Virus record (IMG/VR): IMGVR_UViG_3300044723_001202
Coordinates: 1-40,021 of that record
Source: a virus
Lineage: Duplodnaviria > Caudoviricetes
Length of the DNA stretch: 40,021 bases
Strand: one strand, 5' to 3'
In this document: piece after piece, positions 9,488 to 19,482 of the stretch
How positions within the stretch are numbered: position 1 is the first letter of the stretch
How the letters are laid out: every line of letters starts with the position of its first letter
Position numbers and translations under genes: made by a program
Notes under the pieces: generated by a model
Told to the model about the DNA's origin: nothing
The model's input: the letters and a program-made list of their open reading frames with translations, nothing else
The model's database searches: none

Positions 9488-11689
9488 TTACTTTGCCACT
9501 AGTGTTAAAACGCCATCAACGACGATGTATTCTTCGTCTTGAGCCCTCGCGTCTTCCGAAGGAGGAACAGGAGCACCGCTCGTTAATTCAGCAATAGTAC
9601 GCGCACGAGTGATTGACTGATCGTAGATATACGCCGCTTGGAAATCTTCTTCATCAATTGATTTTGCGTACTGATCGTTAATGAGAGCGGCGCGTTCCAT
9701 TTCTCGGCTGATGTATAGAAGGTTTTTCTCGACACCCGTATTCGAGGCGAGTGCTCCACGCAACCCTAGAACAGCACGTTGAGCTTCAACATCTCGGTCG
9801 GAGATAGCTCGTCCACCTTCACCGCCCTGTACTGCGGCCGCCATTGCAAAGGCAAGCTGTTCACCGAGGAGATCAAATACTTTCTGTCCACCGATAACTG
9901 TATCCATATCGATTTGCTGATCTTTGAGAGAGCCGACTTGTTTAAGAAGTTCTGCTCTTTCTTGGAACTTCACCGCAACGTCCGGTTTCATATTATACTG
10001 GGTTGCAAGCTTGGTCAGCGCGTCGGCAATGTCTCGAGCACCACCTACGAGGTTTGTGACGAGAGAAATGAGACCTACACCACCAAGGCCGGAGCTACGG
10101 AGCTCGAGCATTCTGTCTGCAATAAGTTTTGAACGTCGAGAAGCTTCTGACATTGCACGAGCGTCTGTTGAATCAAATCCGTATTTTGTGATACGGTTAT
10201 CGTAAACAGGAGTTATTTGACCTGTTGTTCCGCTCTGTACAATCCGTGCAGGTTTTGCGGCAGGGTTATCCTCAATTGTTGCACGGACAAAAGCAATTCC
10301 TTCCTCTACATTATACCTGTTTTTTGTGACTATGTCTTGTACAACGTCACGTGTTGTTTGTGTGACTGATATTGTACTAGAGCTTTGCACAACTCCAGCC
10401 CGAATGATCTCACGCTTTTCAATCATCTGGTTGAGAGCGGCGAGGGGATTTTTTGCGTCATTAATAAGGGCCGCTAAACGAGTGAGAGATAAGCCAGAAA
10501 ACTCTTGAACTTCAACGAGCTTTTTCTTGATCTCTGGTTTAATTGCCTTTTTACCGTCTGCGGTCTGGTTAGTTACAATGTTGCTGAACTTGTCTGGGTT
10601 GGGTAGCACGACAAGGTTTTCAAACTCCACAATATCTTGCATAGCATCTTGTGGGATTCCAGCCATCTCAAGAATCTCAGACTTACTAAACCCGAGTAAG
10701 TTAGGTAAAAGTTCTTCGAGAAAAAAGTCTTGCTCTTTCTGGCCTTTGATCCGTCCGGCAATATCAAATGGATTGAGAGGGTTTTTAAGTACGATGTTAT
10801 CGTTTGCGTCTTTAGCTCCGGTACGCAAAGCTTCGATGTAGACATTACCTAAATGAGGCTGAAGCATTGATGTAAAAGCCCGGTAAGTACTCCCCGGACC
10901 TACATTACCCGATTTAAAGTCGTTCATAATTGTCGTCATGTCGGGAGCCATCGTGTCCATGACAAAACCGATGTTTGCGAGAGAGGCCGCACCTTTATCT
11001 CCTTGGCCGGGTTTTGTACCCGGAACAACGACAAGCTTCTCTTCTTGTTCCCCTTTGTCATTGGTCTCAACGCGGATGTACGAACCGTTTGGAAACTCAG
11101 GATCGGAACCCCATCTAGGTCCCATCCCACCACCGGCAGAAGACCCCTGAAGACGCTTGAGCATATTATCTAAGCCGGGAATATTAAAGAGGCTAGGGTC
11201 GAGCATCGTTGGGATGTTATTTTGAATACGACGCTGTAACTCAATACCTATCTCTGTAGGGTCAGGTAGACGACGCTCCACGCCTACTACGTCACGACCA
11301 ATAAACTGACCCCGTTTAATTCCAAACTCTTTACTGCCTTGGAGAGCAACGTAACCGAATGTTTCGATGATTGCGTTTTCCCGACGTGCGTTTTGAGCTT
11401 CCTGTTGCATACGGAAACTTTCACGCTGGAGGTTTTCCTGTGCAAAAATATTTCTTTCGTTTGCCGCTTCAGTGAGCATCGCTTGTTGCTCGTTGAGTTG
11501 TTCCTTAAAGAATACCTCACGACCTTGAAGAGTTTTATCCCACTCTCTCTGCTCTTGAATCAGCCTATCTTCCCGCTCTCGGTCTTCTTTTCTTAACTGA
11601 TCTTCACGCTCTTTTGCGGCTTTCTCCCCTGAAGAACGTAGGTACTGGTTCGCCGCACCTTGGAGAAATCCCATCGTAAAAATACCCAT
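9488..11689 (-). CDS. Internal virion / ejection protein (gp15-like analogue), 733 aa
   Basis: N-terminal GFLQGAA followed by a charged coiled coil; C-terminal GGRAISDRDV motif; lies directly before the largest virion gene. Confidence 0.65.
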   Translation of the reverse strand: MGIFTMGFLQGAANQYLRSSGEKAAKEREDQLRKEDREREDRLIQEQREWDKTLQGREVFFKEQLNEQQAMLTEAANERNIFAQENLQRESFRMQQEAQNARRENAIIETFGYVALQGSKEFGIKRGQFIGRDVVGVERRLPDPTEIGIELQRRIQNNIPTMLDPSLFNIPGLDNMLKRLQGSSAGGGMGPRWGSDPEFPNGSYIRVETNDKGEQEEKLVVVPGTKPGQGDKGAASLANIGFVMDTMAPDMTTIMNDFKSGNVGPGSTYRAFTSMLQPHLGNVYIEALRTGAKDANDNIVLKNPLNPFDIAGRIKGQKEQDFFLEELLPNLLGFSKSEILEMAGIPQDAMQDIVEFENLVVLPNPDKFSNIVTNQTADGKKAIKPEIKKKLVEVQEFSGLSLTRLAALINDAKNPLAALNQMIEKREIIRAGVVQSSSTISVTQTTRDVVQDIVTKNRYNVEEGIAFVRATIEDNPAAKPARIVQSGTTGQITPVYDNRITKYGFDSTDARAMSEASRRSKLIADRMLELRSSGLGGVGLISLVTNLVGGARDIADALTKLATQYNMKPDVAVKFQERAELLKQVGSLKDQQIDMDTVIGGQKVFDLLGEQLAFAMAAAVQGGEGGRAISDRDVEAQRAVLGLRGALASNTGVEKNLLYISREMERAALINDQYAKSIDEEDFQAAYIYDQSITRARTIAELTSGAPVPPSEDARAQDEEYIVVDGVLTLVAK

Positions 11690-12345
11690 TACTCTTGTTC
11701 TCCTTCTACAACGCCAGCACTAGGGCGCGGGATCATTCCTTCTTCTCCCATATCATCATCGGGCATATCAACTGGCTCTTGAACCATCTCGCCTTCAATA
11801 ACATCCGGGCTATCCATACCTAAAAAACTTTGCTCTTGCATCATTCTCTCTTGCTCGAGACGCATCGACTCCTCTCTCGGCAAACGAGTTGTGACATACT
11901 TTGCAAAGTCTGGGTTACGATCTCGCATAATATTTAAGATCACAGAGTCTTTCATCCCGTAGTTTGTGCGAGGTAGGCCGTCACGTGTCGCAAAAACGTT
12001 GGCGTCAATTCCAGCATCTACAGCCAGTCCCATGAAGTATATTGCGAGGGGGCCCTTGATTAGCTCTCCGACGTCAACAGTAAACATGCCTTCCATGAAT
12101 CCGACACGTGAAGCTGTCGTTACAATCTCTTCAATAGAAACACCTGCGGCAAGTAGCTGGACGTGCATCTCCTGAATCTCAGGCTTTTCGAGGTTATCGA
12201 TGAGTGCGTCGACGGCTTGCTCCGCTGTCGCGTACTTAGGGGGTCTTTCCCACGGCCATTGACCGGGAGTTCCTGAAAGGGAAAAGCCAGCAGGTGGGCG
12301 GGAAAAACTAGACTCGGGAGTGAGTGTTGCTTTGTTCTTTAACAT
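11689..12345 (-). CDS. Conserved-type phage late protein (P.G.SL...PG.WPWERPP motif), 218 aa
   Basis: Coupled ORF in the internal-protein cluster with an acidic C-terminus. Confidence 0.7.
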   Translation of the reverse strand: MLKNKATLTPESSFSRPPAGFSLSGTPGQWPWERPPKYATAEQAVDALIDNLEKPEIQEMHVQLLAAGVSIEEIVTTASRVGFMEGMFTVDVGELIKGPLAIYFMGLAVDAGIDANVFATRDGLPRTNYGMKDSVILNIMRDRNPDFAKYVTTRLPREESMRLEQERMMQEQSFLGMDSPDVIEGEMVQEPVDMPDDDMGEEGMIPRPSAGVVEGEQE

Positions 12346-12346
12346 G

Positions 12347-12796
12347 CTACTGCCTTGACCTCGGTGTCACTTTAATCTGGGGTGAGCCTAACTGAAGTAG
12401 TGGGCCACTGGATTGTCTCGATTGAATCTGGTTGATGACAGCTTGTATTTTAGAACCTTGCTGTGCTTCGTTTGCTCTCTGAAAAGCATTTTGTACTTTT
12501 GCTGTGTAGCCTAAGTCGGTCTGGCTTGACTTGTAGGTTGATGAGCCTGCTGAAGTACGGGGTGCTCTAATTCTTTGGCCCTGTGCGGTAGGAGCTTTTA
12601 TCTGACTTTTATCTGCATCGTAAAATACACCACGGGCCGCTCCGGCGGCTCCTTTCCAATCCCAACTTGAAGCTACATCCCACGCCCCTTGGTAGTCTCC
12701 GCTCAGAGTCTTATCGAGAAAACTATCGGTGTAATAGTCTGTAGCTTTTTCTGAGAGTTTATCCACCCCCGTAGATACAAAGTTCCAAAATGACAT
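12347..12796 (-). CDS. Hypothetical, probable small internal virion protein, 149 aa
   Basis: AAGGA RBS; coupled position in the ejection cluster. Confidence 0.65.
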   Translation of the reverse strand: MSFWNFVSTGVDKLSEKATDYYTDSFLDKTLSGDYQGAWDVASSWDWKGAAGAARGVFYDADKSQIKAPTAQGQRIRAPRTSAGSSTYKSSQTDLGYTAKVQNAFQRANEAQQGSKIQAVINQIQSRQSSGPLLQLGSPQIKVTPRSRQ

Positions 12797-12805
12797 ATCT
12801 TTTCC

Positions 12806-14230
12806 TTAATCTACCAATCCGAGAACTGCCGCGATAGACGCACTACCAACCGATGCGGCTGTCGCATACTTACTTTCCATGCCAAACATGTCCACATTCG
12901 CGTTCTGCTCGAACTCCAGCATTGCCATTTGGTGAGCACGTTGGGCCGCATTTTCTGTTGACTGTACAATCCACGCAGACTCATCTCGGTAACGTTGCCA
13001 TAGGGCTGACAGGGCAGACTGACTAACTTGAAGAACATTGAGGGCGTTCTGTCTCTGTGCTTCGTTAAGATTTGAGGTATCTGCGGTTGCAATCTGTCGT
13101 CTCCACGCCGCATTGGATTGGTCGATTTGAACTTGCATCGTGCTGTTAAAACGCTCTCGTGCGTCGCCCATGGTCGCGTTAAACTGGGCAATCGAGTTAA
13201 CTTGGTCGACGTTGAATTGCTCCATCGCGGCAACACGGTTAGCGTTGGCGTTGTCTACCTGTACGCCGAGTTCTGAGAAAAACTCGTCAACTTGTTGTTG
13301 ATTCTTCGCGTTAAATTGAGACGCCGCATTTTCAGCCGCCGCATCAGTAAATAAAGACTGGAGCATACCTTGGTAATTCAAGGTCTCTGTTGCTTGCTCG
13401 TTGTTTAAATTTTGAAGATCAATTGCTAAAAAACTCTGCGCGTTTTGTACTGCGGCCTTCATGCGTGAGTCGAGGTTTGCCATATCCATCGCGGCCATTG
13501 CAGAGGCGTTTTGTAGAACAGCCTGTTGACGTGCGTTGAGGTTCGCGAGGTTAATTTTAGAATACTCTGCGGCATCAGCGGCGGCAATTGGAACACCTGC
13601 TTCCATAATTGCTTGGGCTGTTGCGGCGGCGGCCATTGAACTCGCGCCTAATCCGCGTTGTTGCATAATTGCAGTAGCGGCACGGGCGGGGCCAGCGGCC
13701 CACGGCGGGAGAGGTTTACCTTGCTCGATAGAGTTGTAAAGTTCCCCTAGTTGGAATCGAACAAGTTGCTCCTGCTGTACTTCAGTCTGAGCCGCTTCCG
13801 CAATCGCTTCCGGTGAGAGCTCACCTTGGGGAGCTTCAATTTTAACTTCGGGGGCAACTTCATCCCGTGTTAACTGAGCGGCTTGAGCATCGGTAACCTT
13901 GTCGGCAGTCGTTTCGGCATCGTACGAGTACTTACCCTCTTCGGGGGCAGTTGGGGTTGTTACCTTCTGTGCTTCGTCTGCTTTTTCGGCAGTTACGGAA
14001 GGGTCAGTACCTAGTTTATCGTAACCTAGCTCCGTGCCTGTCAGATCTTGATCAGCAATTTTAGTAGGATCAATTGACGTACCTTCAGGCATAGTTCCGG
14101 CGAGACGATCTTTAACGGTCCCCGTAAGGTTAGTGCCATCTTCAGAAGGAGGATTAATTCCTACCTCATCTCCTGAAGTGTCCCCGCCTTCTTGCATTTT
14201 CCTGCGGTGCCTACTCTGACTGTATATCAT
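12806..14230 (-). CDS. Gln/Ala/Asn-rich coiled-coil virion protein (DNA pilot/ejection type), 474 aa
   Basis: Repeated ..QFNA.. helical segments, hydrophobic C-terminus, N-terminal KMQEGG. Confidence 0.7.
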   Translation of the reverse strand: MIYSQSRHRRKMQEGGDTSGDEVGINPPSEDGTNLTGTVKDRLAGTMPEGTSIDPTKIADQDLTGTELGYDKLGTDPSVTAEKADEAQKVTTPTAPEEGKYSYDAETTADKVTDAQAAQLTRDEVAPEVKIEAPQGELSPEAIAEAAQTEVQQEQLVRFQLGELYNSIEQGKPLPPWAAGPARAATAIMQQRGLGASSMAAAATAQAIMEAGVPIAAADAAEYSKINLANLNARQQAVLQNASAMAAMDMANLDSRMKAAVQNAQSFLAIDLQNLNNEQATETLNYQGMLQSLFTDAAAENAASQFNAKNQQQVDEFFSELGVQVDNANANRVAAMEQFNVDQVNSIAQFNATMGDARERFNSTMQVQIDQSNAAWRRQIATADTSNLNEAQRQNALNVLQVSQSALSALWQRYRDESAWIVQSTENAAQRAHQMAMLEFEQNANVDMFGMESKYATAASVGSASIAAVLGLVD

Positions 14231-14232
14231 TG

Positions 14233-14610
14233 CTATTTACCTTTCTTTAATCCCATTAGCTTATCGGCCGATTTCAATCCGAAGCTCGCGCTGACCGCAA
14301 TAAACAATAAATACTGGTACCACTCGGGTAGTCCGTTGAGAGCCGCAAACCCTTCGTTTACACGCTCGATGATCGATACGTCGTCCATTGCTACGGAATA
14401 AACAACAGCGATGATAGGAAGCGCGAGGATGATAGACCAGAATTCATCCTTCCACGAATTTGAGGTGGCGTCTGCCATCTTCGCTTCCCAGTCCGCATCG
14501 TTGTTAATCGCACTGATCTTACGCTGTTGAATGGCCTTCTTCTCGTCGGCCTTACCCTTCAAGAAGTCCTTACCTAGCTCAAGTGCTGGCCCAAGCAGTA
14601 AGTTAAGCAT
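14233..14610 (-). CDS. Holin-like membrane protein (3TM GTA-holin-like)
   Basis: Likely start is MLNLLLGPAL at 14610. SWKDEFW followed by two hydrophobic helices (LPEWYQYLLF...SFG) and a basic C-terminus. Confidence 0.65.
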   Translation of the reverse strand: MLNLLLGPALELGKDFLKGKADEKKAIQQRKISAINNDADWEAKMADATSNSWKDEFWSIILALPIIAVVYSVAMDDVSIIERVNEGFAALNGLPEWYQYLLFIAVSASFGLKSADKLMGLKKGK

Positions 14611-14920
14611 CTTTCTTACCTTGCAATGCTGAGGCACCAAAGAAAGCAGAAACCAGTACAGCAATCGATGCGAAGTATGTAGGAGCAATGTCAGCGATCA
14701 AGGAAGCGGCTGTATCCATACCAAAGGCATTAGCAAGAAAGATACCAAATGGATACAGTAGAAGACCAAACAGAGCAAACCAAGCCATCTTACGAATGGA
14801 GTCACGCTGTGCATCTGAGTCTTCCATCTTGCGGCGCATGTCTTCCAACATGATCTTGCGTTCTTCAGCATCAATCACCCCATCACCGTTGAGGTCATAC
14901 ATCTTTTCTTGGTCTGTCAC
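14603..14920 (-). CDS. Two-TM membrane protein (holin-like) with an N-terminal EF-hand loop
   Basis: DLNGDGVIDAEE loop, a charged helix, then two TM segments. AAGGA RBS, GTG start. Confidence 0.7.
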   Translation of the reverse strand: MTDQEKMYDLNGDGVIDAEERKIMLEDMRRKMEDSDAQRDSIRKMAWFALFGLLLYPFGIFLANAFGMDTAASLIADIAPTYFASIAVLVSAFFGASALQGKKDA

Positions 14921-15099
14921 GATTGGTTTCCTTTAATGTCTGTCTGTATGCACACAGCTTCGTAGTTGATCTTAGGTTGTGGTGCAGTAGCTAAAAAGTA
15001 GTCACGGGCTTCAAAGCAATCTTTCATTGTCATGAATGGCCCTTGAGGATATACGGCGTATCCATCGGCTTGTATTAAGATTGCAAAGAAAAGCCACAT
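14917..15099 (-). CDS. Small secreted or membrane-anchored protein with two Cys, 60 aa
   Basis: Hydrophobic N-terminus, F.T..DC...R and AVC; coupled on both sides. Confidence 0.6.
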   Translation of the reverse strand: MWLFFAILIQADGYAVYPQGPFMTMKDCFEARDYFLATAPQPKINYEAVCIQTDIKGNQS

Positions 15100-15100
15100 A

Positions 15101-15550
15101 CTATTTCCCTTTTACACTTATAAGCCAATATAGGAAGTAACCGCATATGCCAACAGCAGAAAGGGTGGCCAAGGTAACAGCGATACCAATACTCCAGTCT
15201 TTAATTTGCTTACGTCTACGGGCTTTCTTATCGGCAATTCGCTTTCGTTCATTTTCTCTTAGTTGTTCCCGGTTGGCTATGAATTTTTGGTAGTCATCCC
15301 AAAGACCCGCCCGGCCATTGTAGATAAACATCTGTTTGATTTCGGCTTCTTTCTGGCGTATCTTTTCGAGCTCAAAGAAGCATTCCATATCACCATCTTT
15401 CGCTTTCTTTTCTATTTCTTCTTTAGCGTCAGCTAGCTTAGTTAGTTGTGGCCCCATTTCACCGACACTTTGTACGTGTCCAGCGAACTCCTTGATGGCA
15501 CCGATAGCTTCGTTGGCTATCTTGATTGCCGCAATTGCCTCAAAGATCAC
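15101..15550 (-). CDS. Coiled-coil protein with a C-terminal TM helix, 149 aa
   Basis: GGAG RBS, GTG start; C-terminal hydrophobic helix following a basic cluster. Confidence 0.7.
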   Translation of the reverse strand: MIFEAIAAIKIANEAIGAIKEFAGHVQSVGEMGPQLTKLADAKEEIEKKAKDGDMECFFELEKIRQKEAEIKQMFIYNGRAGLWDDYQKFIANREQLRENERKRIADKKARRRKQIKDWSIGIAVTLATLSAVGICGYFLYWLISVKGK

Positions 15551-15565
15551 GGCAACTCTCCCTCT

Positions 15566-15820
15566 TTATCGTGTTTCTATTAAGCGATCTATCTTTGCGT
15601 CTAAGGCATCTAAACGGTCCATTACTCGTTGCATGTCTTCCCTGACTTCATCTTTACGTGCATACTTTTCTGCGATGCTCAGTTGACACTGTACAATCTC
15701 TTCACGGGTTTTGTTCAAGAGTACAGACAAGCGATGCAACTCCGTGTGCATCTGAATGCCAAACCAACCAATGAGTCCAATAAAGGCAGATAGGACTATG
15801 TTCCAGAGCATCATATCCAT
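15566..15820 (-). CDS. N-terminal TM plus coiled-coil protein, possibly a lysis accessory, 84 aa
   Basis: MMLWNIVLSAFIGLIGWFG TM segment followed by a heptad-rich tail (LDALDAKIDRLI). Confidence 0.7.
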   Translation of the reverse strand: MDMMLWNIVLSAFIGLIGWFGIQMHTELHRLSVLLNKTREEIVQCQLSIAEKYARKDEVREDMQRVMDRLDALDAKIDRLIETR

Positions 15821-15825
15821 CAGCG

Positions 15826-16068
15826 TTATTCAGCTAGAGATGCCTGATAAGCCGCTACAACGTCCGCAGTGTGAACAGCCGCACAGATTGCTTGGACTTT
15901 TGCATCTTCTGCCGAGTAGTCGTCGCCCGCATGGATAACTTTGCGATGTAGTGAAGAAGAGATAGCAACGCCATCTTCTTTTACTGTCGTGCGTGTGCGA
16001 ACTTGAACGGCGTTATACTCTCCAACGACTTCAATTTGATCTGCTTTGGTTTCTTTAGTAAGTGCCAT
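15826..16068 (-). CDS. Tail-fibre-associated small protein (putative assembly chaperone), 80 aa
   Basis: Directly downstream of the tail fibre. D.IEV...VQVR....EDG..IS...HR and VQAICAAVHT pattern typical of genes that follow this fibre type. Confidence 0.65.
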   Translation of the reverse strand: MALTKETKADQIEVVGEYNAVQVRTRTTVKEDGVAISSSLHRKVIHAGDDYSAEDAKVQAICAAVHTADVVAAYQASLAE

Positions 16069-16077
16069 GACTGGTGT

Positions 16078-17961
16078 TTATCCTGCTAAGTAAGTTAAAG
16101 TGAAACTAATAAAGTTAGTCCCGGAGGTAACATCGCTAACTTTTATACTTGTTCCCGCTCCTTGGTCCCAGATATTTACATAGTCTCTGTTACCATTATT
16201 GGTTAAGTAAACTACAGGGTCTGTGGTGTAGGACACGCCTTCCAAAAGTGCTGAACTGCTATTTGCTCTTTCAATAGCATTGGCATTTTCTCCAGTAAAC
16301 GGTAGCCCGGTAATTCTTAACGAAGCTGTTGAAGTGAGACCACTGGTCGAACCGTTAGAAATGCTTGCCCACGCTGTGACCATCTGGCCTACTTTAACGT
16401 ATTTTCCTATTCTAGTGCCGCTGAATGTCGTCGTAGTGCCATCACTAAAATTGGGAGTCCACCCTCCTTCTTCATAATCGTCGAGTAGCTCGTTGGTCAT
16501 TCCGGTTGCATCGGATGTGGCTGAGAAGTCGATGCCTGTACCCGCTGTATTAAACCTAATATTTTTATTGGCTTCAATTCTTTGATCATCCCCAACCAAA
16601 GACAGATAAGTTTCTAAACCAGAAGCACCCTTTATTAAAAAGTTAAGTTGCCCTCTTTCTCCTGTCGCATAAGTGCGGCCTTCAATTTCGGCGTAAGTTG
16701 TGTCAACCCCCACTAAATCTTTAGCTTGGTAACGTATTTCATGATACGACTTTGAATCTCCAAAGGTGTTTGTGGCTGTGTTCTGTAAAGAAAAGATTGC
16801 GTGGTCACTTGTCGGTTCTACTTCAAGAGTTGTGAAACTCGTCGCCTGTGTCGGTGCAGTTGCAAACGAAATAGTTCCTGCGCCATCTGTCTTGAGGAAC
16901 TGTCCCGCAGTACCGTCTGTGAGGTTAAGCTCGCTTACTCCTACGGTATTCGCCGCAAGTGCGACAGTAATCGCTGTCGTGCCTGAACCAGTTGCGTCAC
17001 CGGAGAGAGTGATTGTTTGATTGCCTGTGAGGTATCCAGAGTCGTTAGTAAGCTCAGATATATTATCGCTTGGTTGCAATGCACTATCTGCCGTCGTACC
17101 CTGTGCGGCTGTAGCATAGTCAGCAGAACTGAATGCTTTAACCTGTGCAAGATTGGTGACCTCAGAGTCCATCAAAGCACCAGCGGCTGTTACATTCGTC
17201 GCATCAGTAACGTCTGCCCCTGTTTCAATTCCATCGAGCTTAGTTCCATCCGTTGCAACGTCACGCCCGTCAACAGTACCCCCTACCGTAATGTTTCCTG
17301 TAGTAGAAACAGTAGTAAATGATCCTGCCGCCGCAGTAGTCCCACCAATAGCAGTGCCATCAATTGTACCACCATCAATGTCTGGCGTATTAATGTCAGG
17401 AGAAGTCAGTGTTTTGTTGGTTAACGTCTGAGTTCCAGTTAAGGTTGCAACAGTGCTGTCAATGTCAACAGTCAGAGTATTCCCAGATCCAGTGGTAGTG
17501 AGGCCAGTACCACCAGCAATAGTGAGTGTTTCAGAGTCCAAGTCAATCGATAACGCACCACCGCTATCCCCTTGGAAATCTAAGTCAGACGCTGTAACCT
17601 GTGCGTCAACATATGTTTTAATCGCCTTGGCAGAAGCAAGAGTGTCGTCTGAGGTAGAAACTGACGTTAGATCTGTGTCGATAGACGTTACGGCTGTACC
17701 AGAGGTAATGGTCAAGCTATCAATCGTCATTCCAGCTACAGCGTAGGAAGAATCCGTCTCGTCTAGTATTGTCGAGTCCACAGCATTTAAAGCTAAACCG
17801 GCCGTGTCAATCTTCGGGCCATTACCGTCAGTGCCGTCGTGAGTGTGCCCGCCCGTACCAAACGCGGTATCCAGTGTTCCAAATTCCGTGTCAAAGTCAG
17901 ATGCTTCAATGATTGCTCCATCGACAAAGGGGTTTGGACTGATTCGATTGTAGCCTGCCAT
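16078..17961 (-). CDS. Tail fibre protein, 627 aa
   Basis: N-terminal tail-attachment motif (DG.II.A.DF..EF..L..AF...GHTHDG), Thr/Gly fibre repeats (TQTLTNKTLTSP, DGTKLDGIE), C-terminal LDDYEEG.WTP...Y.KVG..V domain. Confidence 0.88.
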   Translation of the reverse strand: MAGYNRISPNPFVDGAIIEASDFDTEFGTLDTAFGTGGHTHDGTDGNGPKIDTAGLALNAVDSTILDETDSSYAVAGMTIDSLTITSGTAVTSIDTDLTSVSTSDDTLASAKAIKTYVDAQVTASDLDFQGDSGGALSIDLDSETLTIAGGTGLTTTGSGNTLTVDIDSTVATLTGTQTLTNKTLTSPDINTPDIDGGTIDGTAIGGTTAAAGSFTTVSTTGNITVGGTVDGRDVATDGTKLDGIETGADVTDATNVTAAGALMDSEVTNLAQVKAFSSADYATAAQGTTADSALQPSDNISELTNDSGYLTGNQTITLSGDATGSGTTAITVALAANTVGVSELNLTDGTAGQFLKTDGAGTISFATAPTQATSFTTLEVEPTSDHAIFSLQNTATNTFGDSKSYHEIRYQAKDLVGVDTTYAEIEGRTYATGERGQLNFLIKGASGLETYLSLVGDDQRIEANKNIRFNTAGTGIDFSATSDATGMTNELLDDYEEGGWTPNFSDGTTTTFSGTRIGKYVKVGQMVTAWASISNGSTSGLTSTASLRITGLPFTGENANAIERANSSSALLEGVSYTTDPVVYLTNNGNRDYVNIWDQGAGTSIKVSDVTSGTNFISFTLTYLAG

Positions 17962-17968
17962 TCTTATT

Positions 17969-19480
17969 TTACCTCCGACCGTACTGGCCGTATTGAATTA
18001 TCATCGAGTCAAAAGAAAACGGGGGGTCCGTATTATCCGACGTAAATGTGTAGGACCCAACAAAAGCTGACCCCACGAGGTCTACATCAAATACGTACTT
18101 TAGGTTTGCACCCCCGTACGATGCAGACCCGTATTCACCACTGCCGTAAATAGCCACCGTGCCTGTTGTTGTGTTTGCAACGGTAATACTCTGGGGTTGT
18201 ACCACACCAGCCTCTGCAAAGTCATACTCCGGAGACAACGTGACTTCTAGGCTACCTTCAGGGTCTGTAAAAAGTCGCATCTTGTAAAACGTCTTGCGAG
18301 TTGTCGGGTCTGTAATAGGGAAGGGGGGAGTCTTAAATGAAGCGGTAATGTTTGCTCCATCGAAGTCGTTGCCCTCTTCCATTTGGTACACATACCCATC
18401 GTCGTTTCCGAAGAATATGTATTCAATACCTCCATCCAGATCACTCGATGCACAGAAGGCGTTAATACCCCGCGTCTCGGCCCACGCCATTCCTTCTCCG
18501 CCTTGCATCGCAAACTGAGTCCCGATGATGCCGCGTCCAGATGCGTTGTTTACGGAAGAAAAACCTAGTATGCGATACTGAGATTTACCCCGAATAACAA
18601 CGCTAGCGAATCCGTCCGCAACATTGATAAAGTTTGTCATCTCAGGCTGAATGACCTTCGATACAACCCCCAAACCAAAGTCGTTGTTACGTTCCGTTCC
18701 ACCGAGGAGACGCAAGCCATCTGGCCCCAAGAACATCAAGTCACCCCCAACTTCCTGTACAGTATCTTCTTTGATAGCCCCGATGTCGCGAGTAATCGGT
18801 TGAACCTGAAAGTCGGATATTGAACTACCCGCAATTAGAAAGATCGTGTTAGTTGTAAATACAATGAGTTGTTCACGGAAAGAAGCAATATTCGTGATGT
18901 TATAGTCAAACTCAAAAAGTCCCGCGCCAGCACCCGGTGTGAAGTCTTCTGCATTAAACGGTGCGCTAAAAGATAGAGTTGTGCCCTTTGCGAGGAACAG
19001 ATGATTTTTGTGTGCCACAACTGCTGTTGCCGCTGTTTGTTCAGCACCTGCCGTTGAAATTAAAGTGGGAGTACCGTTATGTTGAAGCTTAAACGGCTTA
19101 CTAACACCATCAAGAATAATTAACTCGGCGTTTGCCCCGAAGTGATGTTGAGCGAATTTAACTTTTCCAGTACCACCGAGACTCGTTGTAATCGCACTAC
19201 TCCAACCTGATCCCGTCGAGTAGTACATACTCGTGCCTTTTACAGCGTAGGTGCGACCGTTAAACCGCACAACACCACGGATCCGTCCAGAAGATCCGCC
19301 GACTTGGGTGCTCTCGACTTTTGAGAACCCCTGTATGCGACGGTAGCCGCCGTCTGTTGATGGCTCAAAGTTACGTAACCCTGTTGCGGAGCCGGGAAAC
19401 TGTCCCGCCTGTGCAATGGGGGAGAGGTTGGTTATCAACCCCCCTTGAAACTGCACAGGGTATGACTGCCATCTATCCAA
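17969..19480 (-). CDS. Tail tubular protein B / nozzle (beta-propeller), 503 aa
   Basis: GGLITNLSP...L.NFEP...GGYRRI start, beta-rich blades; follows the adaptor gene. TTG start. Confidence 0.75.
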   Translation of the reverse strand: MDRWQSYPVQFQGGLITNLSPIAQAGQFPGSATGLRNFEPSTDGGYRRIQGFSKVESTQVGGSSGRIRGVVRFNGRTYAVKGTSMYYSTGSGWSSAITTSLGGTGKVKFAQHHFGANAELIILDGVSKPFKLQHNGTPTLISTAGAEQTAATAVVAHKNHLFLAKGTTLSFSAPFNAEDFTPGAGAGLFEFDYNITNIASFREQLIVFTTNTIFLIAGSSISDFQVQPITRDIGAIKEDTVQEVGGDLMFLGPDGLRLLGGTERNNDFGLGVVSKVIQPEMTNFINVADGFASVVIRGKSQYRILGFSSVNNASGRGIIGTQFAMQGGEGMAWAETRGINAFCASSDLDGGIEYIFFGNDDGYVYQMEEGNDFDGANITASFKTPPFPITDPTTRKTFYKMRLFTDPEGSLEVTLSPEYDFAEAGVVQPQSITVANTTTGTVAIYGSGEYGSASYGGANLKYVFDVDLVGSAFVGSYTFTSDNTDPPFSFDSMIIQYGQYGRR

Positions 19481-19482
19481 GG

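Noticed and set aside
14611-14688. N-terminal extension of the holin-like ORF in the track
   Set aside because: It overlaps the upstream membrane gene. The ATG at 14610 has a purine-rich RBS (AAGGTAAG) and gives the typical N-terminus.
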